This document shows, one piece after another, positions 35,790 through 47,700 of a stretch of DNA of 64,000 nt. Each line of letters starts with the position of its first letter. Within the stretch, counting starts at the first letter, position 1. The stretch spans positions 12,338,001-12,402,000 of the forward strand of contig OZ004607.1 in NCBI GenBank assembly GCA_963924565.1, in the 5' to 3' direction. Origin of the DNA: Ascidiella aspersa. Taxonomy: Eukaryota. The notes below the pieces were generated by a model. That model was not told the DNA's origin. It made no database searches and worked only from the letters and a program-made list of their open reading frames with translations. A program made the position numbers and the translations under genes.

Positions 35790-38700
35790 GGCTATCCAGT
35801 CAAAAGTAGCAACTTGCGTTTCCGTTACGAGCAGTGCGCAGAGTTCAACAACATCCCATACAGGAACAACACCTACTCGTGGCTGCCGGTAGGTAGCGCC
35901 AGTGAGTAAAATATTTAATAAGTTTTTGGCGAACGCCTTAGCACAAGTGTCATCATTTTTTTCATGAAAGGCTGGATAACTGTAAAGATTTCGATCGCGG
36001 GAAGAATATACAATTTTTGTCAAAATTTGGTATTTTAATAATCATTAAACGAAGAAAGTATAAATAACTATATAAGCATCGAAAAGTAGTAAACTTAATG
36101 TTATCACATTTAGCATGGAATTATATTGTACAACATTAGGCTACAAATGTAATTTATCTTCATTAAGGAACTATTTTTCGGGCCTAGATAATTATCTCCG
36201 CTGGCCGTATTTGGTCGCTGGTCGTAATTTGGTGACTGCTTTATTAGTGCAACGTAACATTGACAACCATATTTCTGTTCAGTCTACCCTTGCGAACTTC
36301 ATTGTTACACGAAAGCTGGTAAACGGACGTTCGCCGACCGGTTGCGCGACAAAGTAGTGGATGGAACTAAGTGCTACAGCAACGCGAACGACATCTGTGT
36401 CGATGGCGTTTGCAAGGTGAGATCAAACATGGAAGAAAATCTATTAGTATGCATGGTAGTTTTGTAGAAATATTTTAAAAAATTTAAGATTTATTCAGAG
36501 ACACCATATGCCTTGTTTTTTAAACGCCAGAAATGCATTTCCTGACTATTTAGGTTAATTTATGTTACTTGATTCAAAATGTTGTGCTTTCACCGACTTG
36601 TTTGCCTTATCCCTTGTCAACAATTTTATGTACAAAATCTTTTTACTTCTTCCTAATTATTGCTGATTATTGTATTAAACGCATTTTAGTCGCACCTCAG
36701 GTTGATGTATCATGTGCAATAATTAAATGATCACAACAAAAATGGATTATTTACCGAATTACGTTTAATTCTGTCTATTAAAATAGTTTTCTGTTTTTGT
36801 AGCGTTTAGGTTGTGACCAACGCATCGACTCTTTCGCGCGCAAAGATAGGTGCGGGGTGTGCAGGGGGGGAGATGGCACGTCATGCAGTGACGTCACCAA
36901 GACATTTAACCGCACCCGCGGCGAAGGTAGAGTGATTAACAAATTATACTTATAAAATATATGTATTTATATATATATATATATAAATACATATATTTTA
37001 TAAGTATAATTTGTTAATCACTCTACCTTCGCCGCGGGTGCGGTTAAATGTCTTGGTGACGTCATATATGTGTGTGTTTTGAACAGATGATGATAAATAT
37101 GTATGTTTCAAACATATGACAAAAATTGTTAAAGTAAATGGTCTTCCAGGCCTAACTCCATGGTTTGTTTTATTATGGTAGTAAAAGCTGAGGCGACCAA
37201 ATTTGGTAGGTCCCAACTTTTAGTTTTATCATACACATTTCTAATTCTTGTGTATGCGCCACAGCATATGTGAGTGTCGGAATCCTGCCAATGGGAGCCA
37301 GGAACATTAAAGGGCACGAAGTGAACGCTTCGGAGAACTTTCTCGCCCTTAAAAATCCTAACAAAGATGGAGAGTATTACCTGAACGGAGATTACAAGAT
37401 AAGGGTAAGTTACAGGCGTAGTTTTATCCCACTACAGAACTTACAACACAGGACTAAGTTATACGTGAACACCTTGACATTTTGGAGTGTCCTTATCTTA
37501 AAATGTTCAGACAAAGATTATATAATACTTATAATCGCATAACATAGCTTAAAGTACAAGGTTAACATTTATACATATGTATCGTGTTTTACGGCCGAAG
37601 TCCAAAAGTCGAATCTCAATATTTGATAGTCTCTTAAAGGCTTCCTATGCTGTATGATACAAGTCCCGTTATCGTTGATCAAAAGAACTACATCTCAAGG
37701 AATAGATCGCCGTTGTTGTCATGTATGACATGTGTGTGTATGTTTATTGACTTGATGCAGTACTGTAAATCTTATGCAGTATGAAGTTGTTTTGTATTAA
37801 CAGAATGCGGCAGGCAATGTTGTCAAGATTGTTTTGACGGTCCTGGTATGACTGGAGGTCGTGAACCCGAACCTAACCGCAGGCTAGATAGGCACCTGGC
37901 CTACGTGCTGAACGCCATATAATACTCTTTGACTATATAAAGATGTGCTCAGTATTTTTTCGTATAGTTTTTTTTTTTTTTTTATAAATACTGAAAAACA
38001 GATATACTTCCTCTAATTCACATGTTTTTTATTTCTAAAATTAAACCGTCATTATATTTATTAGTTTAGTTTGCCTATTTACTATAATGAAAAGTAGGCC
38101 ATGATTAAAGTGATTCTTTTTTATTATTGCACATGAAACAACAATTTTAAAGTGCGACATCAGAAATCAATAAATTTTCGTTTAACACTATAAATTACAA
38201 AAACAAAAAATCAGCAATTATCGTGAAAAGGATATCAAAAAACGACAAAGAAAGATAGAAGGCAAAATATTTGGCGAAATCAAGTTTTTTCTACGAGAAT
38301 CAAATAACACAATTAAAATGCAACTAAATTGGAAGCGTTTTTAAACATGATACAACAACTTGCGATATCAAAAATAAATAAATTTGCATTTAACGCAATG
38401 AACTACCAACACGAAAAATAAACACAATAATTTAGCAAACATCATGGGAAAAAGTTAAAACATTTAAAGAGAGAAAAGAAGGCAATAAATTCGGCGAAAG
38501 CGCAAAATTTACCACGAGAATCATGTGACACAACCTAACGTCAGTCTGCAAGTAAATAGGTGGTGTTTTTAAACATCGCTTGACAGGGTTAAGCGGTTGT
38601 CCGACAGAATTATACCGGGAGGAATTCAGCCCTGCGTTGATTTTTGTCTTGTATCGTACTTTGATGATCCTGACCTCTTTCGCTCGGGATGCAGTGGCGG

Positions 38701-41700
38701 CTTGTGCATCACAACTTTTACCTTAGATTGCGGTTCCACCTTCGGCGTAATACTTAGGTTGCAGCTTTTACGCACTTCAACAGGTTTGCTTGACTCCGAT
38801 GGCCCGGGTTTCAAACCGGGATTGTCGGCTCCGCGCTCCTTCAACGTTCTGCGACGCACGGTTCTGCCGTGATTTCGTGCATCGATAACTGCTGCGCCGT
38901 TTTTTCGCGGCACATCAGTTCTTTGGCACAACGTAACGCCGAGCGCTTCAGTGGATTTTGATGGATGGAGAGTGACGCGTTCTGTAGAGGTCCTCTCACT
39001 CTTGACGTGTTGCTGTTTATTCCCAAGCTCTTGGTAGTGGTCATTCTTGCTACGCTTGCCAGTTCTAGTTAAAGTGGCGTTATGGAAAGCGTATTCATTC
39101 TCTTGGTTGTTGAGTACCTTGGAAGATCGTCTGTTGGCTATTCGCATTTTTCGGGCAGCAGAAATGTTTCCGCTTTGATTTGGCGGTACAGATTCTTTTA
39201 AAATACCTTTAGCGGTGTCTTTTTCTTGATGAATTGGCGAAAGCATCTTTACGTTGGCTTCTGGACTTTCAATTATTTTACCGCATAATATCTGCGCAGA
39301 TTTTCGGTTGGCAATTCGCCTCATCCGCGCTGCTGAAAACTTGTTGCCTTGCTTGGGTGGTGTGGGCGCAACGACATATTTCGTGGATGGCGAAATTTGT
39401 TCTATTAGAAGCGGTGAACGCGAGGTATGCTTGGTAGCTACGACTGTTTCCTTGCAAATCTGCACTACATTTGTAGTACGTGTTTTGTGCTCTGCAAAAC
39501 CAAGTTTTCTTTGGTTAATGGTAGCAGTTTCTTCCGGATTGTTTACCAAGTCTGCAGAGGGAGATGTTGAGTTTTTATTTTGCGTAGTTCCATTTGTGTT
39601 TTCTTTCAACAAAGATTGACGCTTTAAAATTCGTCTTTTCCGAGCTGCAGACATTTCCCCTTCTTGCTTTGGTGGCCTGGGTTCTTTGTATTGCTTAACG
39701 ACATTCGCTGCTGAATATTTCTCGCTTTGACCTTCAGCTGGATTAACTTTTAAAACTTCCTGTTTTTTGCATAAGTTGAGAGCAGATTGGCGCTTGAGAA
39801 TTCGTCTTTTGCGCGCTGCAGATAAATTCCCTTCGTGACTTGGTGGGACAGGGGCCATCATCGGACCACAAATGGTTGTTTGCCGACGCGCACTTTGAAT
39901 TCTTTTGAACGCTTTCGCAACACACGATTCATTACTTGTTTTTAACGTGGCCGTTGGAGGCTTGTTGTTAAAGAGAGTGCTGTCTTTGAAAAAGCAGGTT
40001 TTAATTTTGGGAGGTGTTTGAGTCTGGCAAGGCTTGGAGTTAAGCTTAACAAGCTGGTCAACAGTTTGCGGTTTTAAAGCAGCGTTGTTTGCTTTCTTCG
40101 ATGCAGTGTCTTTTGATGACAGTGGTTTGACATTTGGGATGGTGGAGCTTTCCTTGACTTTCTCAGGAGAAACTTGAATGGTTTTCAAACACTTCGGCGC
40201 TAATCTTTTCTTTATAACCACCAGTGGATTTATATCTGTGAATAAAATTTGCCAATTTTAGCAGAGTAACGACAAATCCAGATATTTGTGACACTCCGAT
40301 TGGCACTAAATGAAAACTGTCAGCGAATATTTTTTTACGTAAATGGACAATATTTAGTTAAATATTTCAGGAATTTGTGCACCAAATGATTGATTGCTGT
40401 TTCACTGAATTAAGATCCATCAAGCTGCTGGCACAGCAGGACATATAAACACATGGTAACATTTGTGTATAAATGTCCAAAATTTAACAAAAATGATTAC
40501 GCCTGGGCAGACCAGATTAATTTGGGCAAGTGTCGTAGGGTGTATAATATAATCATATTGTTTAACTTACCACTAGCCTTTAGGCTCCGTTTTTGGACTT
40601 GATTTACCTCTGCACGTTTAAGTGGAGGTTGGGCTTGCTGTGGGACAGTAGATTCTAAAGAAAATAGAAGAAAAAAAAAACAGATTACGACCTGGCTGAA
40701 ACATTTCATAACTAAGGTAGTGATAGTGACCTATGCAATTGAGGATCTGAAAAAACTGCAAATGTGTACAAATCCAAGATTTTTTAGGATATGTTAACGA
40801 AATAAAAACAGTTTTCATTTTTGGTTGTATATTGTTATCAAATTTATTTAATGATCACATTTTAGTCGCTTACCAGTCACGCATGGTTTGATTTTGTTGT
40901 CCGACCGTGAAAGTTGTTCTTTACATTCGGTAAGACGGGGCTGATGTTTTATCATGTGTGCTCCTACAGTTGAAAAAACATGATTTTTCTGTTTTCTACG
41001 GACCACTATGTTATAACGTTTGACACAACCGAGCCTACCGTTTTCACGAGACGGTTTGGATGTTTCTTGTAGGCTTTTAAACTTTTGCTTGTCCCTCGCC
41101 GATAATTTCTATAAGATGAAAATATGGGTAATAAAGTCTTTAGTTCAACCTGATAAATGGTAGAATAAACCGACTAATCTACCTTCATCAAGTTTTCTTG
41201 GCCATCTTTAATTTTCTTCAAGTTATTTTGAATCTTTGTGCTCTGCAATAAAAATACATTAATGTATTAGCACTGAAAATTGACAAAACAACATGACGAC
41301 GTTGTTTCAAGTTACCTTCTCTGTGGGGATAATTGAAGTTGTAGCGTTTGTCCTTGCAGGTCGCAATCCGTAAGGGCGACACTGGATAAAAACAACATGC
41401 AAGTTAAAATGGAAATGTATATATTTGCATGTAAATATATTTTCAATGGTTTTACTTACATGCTCCAATTGAAGTTTGTCAGTTAAAAGCTCGTATGATT
41501 CGCCTGGAACCTTTGGAAGCGGTCGATTATATCCATGGCGATTGTAGTACGAATGAACGGCAGACATTTCTGTTTTCGGAGATATGTGTTTCTTTGCTGA
41601 AAGTGCAAAAATGTAAAGATTATAACTCGGAACATTTCGTGCATTCTAGTGATACTTATCCGGACGAAGATGTTTGGTGAAAACCACAGACAGTTTGAGA

Positions 41701-44700
41701 CAAAGACACTACGAAATGAAAGTTTGAAGACCTGTCGTTACGAAATCTGTCGGTCTCACCAGCAGATACAAGGTGTCCAACCAACAAAACGCGGAACAGA
41801 AAGCCCTTTGTACATACAACAACGAATGTTAGAATTTAAATTTTAGTTAAAATAAACATTTACCATTGTTACGAACCAAATTCTTCGCTTTAATATTATA
41901 ATACAATTAGGCTTGGTTATTAAGTTATTTACTTATGTATATACCTGTTGGTGGGTAATTTTCACCAGCATCAAGTTCTTCCTTTGATTTTTCATCCTTA
42001 GCCATTTTTTTTCGTTTTTTTCTCTCAATCAAGCCGGACTTGGTTCCTTTTTCGGATACCTAAATATCAATTTAATGTTGATTAAGCAAACAACGTGGTA
42101 ATACATATCACAAATAAACCATTAAACTGGCAATTTACTTAATATTACAAACTAGTTATTACCTTGTCTTTCTCCTTAGAATTTTGTTTTCTCGATTTTG
42201 TTTTGTACGATTTGGGATAAAACCCAAGAATGTTCTGCCGACAACTCGCCAATTCCAATTCTTTATCTTGAGGATGACGATAGAATAAGTTTCTGTACCC
42301 TTCAACGTCAACCGTGTTGTAATTTTTAAGGGAACGCTCAAAGCCTTCTTTCGCCAGAAATTCATTGTCAAGAATTGCAGCCCATCTGCTCAGCATTGGA
42401 AAGTCCTTAACAACTCGCTCAACGAGGCCAATACCAAGGGTTGGCTCTTCCACGTCCGGACACCAAGCCCAGGGATCTTTAAGGGCTTTAAGCTTGGCAG
42501 TTTTGTTTCTTTCAACAGGTAAGGTATCGGTTTCAGGCGACTCGTTTCTCTCAAATCTCCAAACCTCATTGACGGTAACTCCCCCTGTGTCTTTACGCGG
42601 AAGACTGACCATGATTCCTGCATTACGCAAGTCTTCTGCTTTGCAACCATTTTTGAGGAGAAACTTGCGCCGTTCAAGCAGCAACCTTTTACGTTGGTAG
42701 AGGTAGTTTCGCACGTACGTCGCTTGAAATCGGTAAACTGAGAAAACATAAAAGAAAACTTGCAATCATATAAATCACATTAGCTTATTTCGAATCCCAC
42801 AACACTTACCCAAATTATCAGCGATATTTCGCAGATGTTTCGTACTTGAAGGTGATTCCTAAAACAATAAACTTGGTTTATAACTTAAATTGCCTTTTGA
42901 TTTTTTGTTGTATAAATAAAAAATAAAAAACTTACCTTCTTTTTGTATTGCACCAACCACTGATCCGCTACAATAGTTTGAACTGTTGGCCTCTTTTTTG
43001 GAGTCGTTAGCATACGACTGATTAACTCCTTACATTCTGTGTTAAATATTTAATAAAATTTTACCAGCAGGTTACCTTACAGTATGTTTTACATGCAATA
43101 TAATTACCAGAAGAAAGGCCTTCTCGAAAAGGCAATGGTTCGCCTTCTGTTATCAAAATTTCTTTTTGAATGTCTTGCGATGTTTTTGCCTTAAAAGGAT
43201 AACGTCCGTTTGTAAGCAGGAAAAGAATTACTCCCCTGCAAAACAAAACAAAAAATAACCAAAAGTTGAATATTTTTGGCAAAAAACTCACATTTAGATT
43301 TTTTCTAATGTCACTTATAAGACTATTTGTTTTTTTGTTTGAAGTGTTTTAAAAGTAGATAAAAAACCTTGACGGGCAAAGCTACAAACGATATACGTAC
43401 ATGCTCCACACATCAGCTTTCAATGGATCGTACGGATGTTTGCGACTATCGAAAATCTCGGGTGCCGCGAAGCCGGGTGTGCCACAAGGAGAAGAAGTGA
43501 CGAAGCTTCGGCTGTTTTTATTTTTATCGCAGCCAGCAATCGAAAAACCGAGATCGCACAGTTTTATTTGCCCGTCACCTGTTACCAGAATGTTGTCCGG
43601 TTTTAAATCCCTGCAAGAAGATAGTATCTTACCAAATCATATAATTGGCAATACTAATATAAAAAGTGGCAATTTAAGTTAACCTGTGTGCGATATTTCT
43701 CCTGTGCAGCTGCTGGACACCTTTGGCGATTTCCCTAAAGTAATGACGAGCCAGGTTCTCTTCCATGTATTGTTCTCCCAGTTGTTTGGTGGAAATATGG
43801 TCTAATAAAGTTTTGGTCAAATCGCCCTTGGCCGCGTGTTCAAAAACAAGAAATATTCGCTTGCATGACACGAATATGTCCAGCAACATTACCTGGAATT
43901 AAATGCCAAAAATACCAAAATGATATTACGGAAAAGTAAAAACAAATTTCGTTTCATTTACAATGTTAGGAACACCAAAACACTTATTGCAGTTTCCTAT
44001 TTCAGCTGGTAAGTATGTGGCAAAACCTCCAATGCTATTGGCTCCAACATCCGCATAATAGATTTTTATTGCGACCTGACAAAATATATCTGAGTAGAAC
44101 CGTGTAACACATGATCATCAATTAATAATATCCTGTTAAATAAAGTTATTCTATAAAACATCATGAGGTATACAAAATGCGAAAAGTTAAAGAGTTATTT
44201 TTTTTATTATAGAATGATTAATGCATTTCCTAACATGATAAATGCTAAGAACTAATACATGTTCAAGGAAAATACATTAGCCAAGTATGTATATTACGTC
44301 ATAAAAGTCAAAATACAATTTGAGGCAAAACGGCAAACTGGGTCATGTGATCATTATCATGGCAACAAAAGCGAAAGTATCAAAAAATGGAAATAAAGAA
44401 ACAAACTATCTTGAAATTCGAAACACATTAATTAATAAAGAATATAACCGCGTTGAACGAGTCTTTACAAAGTAATAATGAAAGTTGCAAGCGTTTTTGG
44501 TGTTTACATCGTTGTTTAGTTTTACCACAATCTATAAATGAAGCTTTTGCGTTGACTGTCATGTTTTAAAAGCTAGACAACAAATATTTGCGAACCTGGA
44601 GTTTTTCATCTTCTTTCTTCACCAAGTTCAGCTTCTCTGTGGATCTAGTTTTTCGCTCAGTTGGTTGGGCCAAAAACACTCTTCCCGTAGCTCCGCCTCC

Positions 44701-47700
44701 CAAGTATTTATCGGTCATCTTGTAGCCATGATCAGCACAGATTCTTTTCTCCTTCTTCAGAAGATACTTCCTTACCTGTGTATTCATTATCCTCGAACAA
44801 AATGCCACCAAATCGCAGCAGAATTAACAAAATCGCTTTCAATATGATGATAATAATCACTTTTTCAACAGCTCTTGATTTTGCTTCCCCTCTCTACAAT
44901 CTCATAAATCTCAAATAAAAATTTTCTAAATTCAATAAATCGTTCAATTGTAACCAAATGTAGCATGGTGACGTAACAATGATTTTTTGTTGAGTCCTGC
45001 TAAAGTAGTAACCGTTGTTAGTTAAAGTAAAAAGTACTGTATGTATTTATATACTAGGAAACTGTTTAAATTATATTTTGGTCTCTGGTTCGGTTTTGGT
45101 TAAAAGTAATTTATAAAATTCGGTTCAAAACGATTTTGTTTCAAGCCATTTAAAAGAATTCGGCTACGGTTCGTTCAAAGTTGTATTAAAACTAGTTTGC
45201 AAGTTTTGGTTATAGATAGAGGCAGCTGAAGGTTGTAAACAAGTACATATTCGGTCGGTCTACTATGCCTTCAAAGGACACTTAAAATGCCCAAAATTGT
45301 TCCTTTTTGCTATTATTTTATGATATTCATTGCATTTTCCCGCTTTTTTGCTGTTACTTTTTTTCTGAATATGCGAGACACTACTGTAGTTCCAAAAGAT
45401 CTCAACAATTAGGGCTCCCAAACACCAAAATGTCTGACTTCTAGACCTTGAAGTTGTTGTCAATGTACTAATTAGATCTTTTAGGTAAACCACCGGCATA
45501 CATAAAATACAATTATATTGGATGAATATTCACAAAAATAAAAAAGGAAGACACCAAATTTTTTTGAAACAGATTTGTTTATTGTAGTATTGGGATTCGA
45601 AGCTGACTTTGGCTGGAACCACTTTTAAATACGAACGGATGAACCAGATTTTGGACAATATTACTGCAGAGGGTCCAATTACTTTTGACATCGAGGTTAT
45701 GGTAAGTTTTCGTAAGTTTACCAAAGAGTTTGAGTAAAACAAGAAACAACGTTAGATTTGCTCAGCAAAAACAAACTTTTAGCACTTATTTAATGGTTTG
45801 CCATCAAGAAATTGTGTAAGGCCTACCTTATTTCTGGATTTACGATCTATCATTTTCTTTTTTCAAAATACTAAGAAATGCAAAATATTTCAAAAAACAG
45901 CTATGTGATAATGTTATCTGGTATTATCAACACGTATTTCTCCTTTATGTTCTTTCTATAACTAAGATTTTAATTAAAAGTCATATTTACGATTTTAACA
46001 ATTTTTTATTCACTAGTTTTCGCTTTGCCCAGGTACTTTTCGTCGAACCAAACCCGGGAATCGAAATCACCTACGTCATGCCGCACAACGTCACTTCCGT
46101 GTTCGCCGAGGAGGAACCCAACTTCCGGTGGATGATGCAAGAGTGGGGGTCATGCTCAAGGTCATGTGGCAAAGGTAAGGCCAAGTCGATGTTTAAAGTA
46201 GCCTACATTCACGCAATGCTTGTAGTTTTGTTTATACATTTTTTCAATATTTAAGAAATAAATTCAATGCCCTGAACATTCTATGACGTATGTGGTGTTT
46301 CACCAGTATCGGTTTGATTGCTGCTATATAATGCCTTAAAATGGTCGTTTCAACGCACCTAAATCTGTTTGTCCTTTTGTCCGTTTGAACTAATAATATT
46401 TGCTTTTATGAGCAAAAAGCATTAATTTTACCAACTGCAATTAAAGTGAGAGTTTTACTACAACTATTATCACAAGAATTCGTCTTTATTTGCCATATTT
46501 TTTCATACTGATATATAACGATTTGTATACTTTGTAATTTACCAATTAAGGCGTTCAAATGTCGATGGCGATCTGCATCGAAAAGAAGGCTGGTACTGTC
46601 GACGAGGATTTCTGTGACGCAACAAAGCGGCCCGATGACCGCAGGAGAGCTTGTCATCACCAGCCCTGCCCAGCCGAGTGAGTTGTGCAACGATTCAATC
46701 TATGGATTTTGCGTTTGTACAAGTTTTAATTGACACTGTAAACTAGACAAACACTTGGCGATCCTGGATTACTACGCGTAGCACGTAGTACCGACTACAA
46801 CGTTGTAGGCTTCCACGAAATTGTAAAAAAATATATACTACTGCTAGGCTATTTGACGGACTATATCTTCATTTTACTAAAAAGGTTTCCCAAACAAAGC
46901 ATTTTAATACACAATAACGCTTTTTGTCCGAGCTATTTAGTTTAAAGATATTTTCATACAGGAGAATAAACTAGTCGTTCTTTACTGGCTGCTGATTTTC
47001 GTACATAATATTTCTTTCCAAAAATATATCAATGGCCATTGTAAATATTCAGACTGTTCAATGTCTTTGCATAATTTTCCGTTAATTCACACTGTGTTGC
47101 ATCAATCATCGTCGGTCCTGTTGATGAGTGTTGAACTGCGAATAATGATTACCGTGTTGCATTCGAAACGTTTGCAAATTAACAATGTTGGTTAAATATA
47201 TCAAGGAGGTTTTTGAACCTTAAACCAAAAACGTTTCAAAACTCATTTTCAACCACGAAGCGTTGCATGTAGCCAATGTCAATCTACTTGTCGCGCAGAT
47301 GGCTGGAAGGTCCTTGGCAGCCATGTTCCATCAGCTGCGGCGCAAAGATAGGCCGGCGTCGCCGCACCGTGGTATGCATACGGAGCCTGAGCAACGTAGA
47401 GCAAGTGGTGCTTAAGGGAAGGTCGTGCCGCAAGCTGCCCAAGCCCAAACGGGTCAAGTTGTGTCCGGCCGCTAGCCGACAGCCCTGTCCGATGTGGAGG
47501 GCAGGGAAATGGAGCAACGTGAGTGCAAACCCTTTGAAAAATTATTTAAATTGTTATTCTGCTAATTTTGTGACGAAGAACGAAATTCCTATACACCATT
47601 TAGGGCCAATTGAAATACAATAGTTTTGAATTATGGAAAGCAACCAAACGTTTGTGTATTGTTGAATTATATTTTGTTTTTCGTTTGTTATTTTTCGACC

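Noticed and set aside
35781-36023. 80-aa minus-strand ORF
   Set aside because: Antisense shadow of ADAMTS exon 35790-35901.
36998-37216. Minus-strand ORF containing [12 protein letters not shown] identical to ADAMTS
   Set aside because: A by-product of the palindrome's right arm, not a separate gene.
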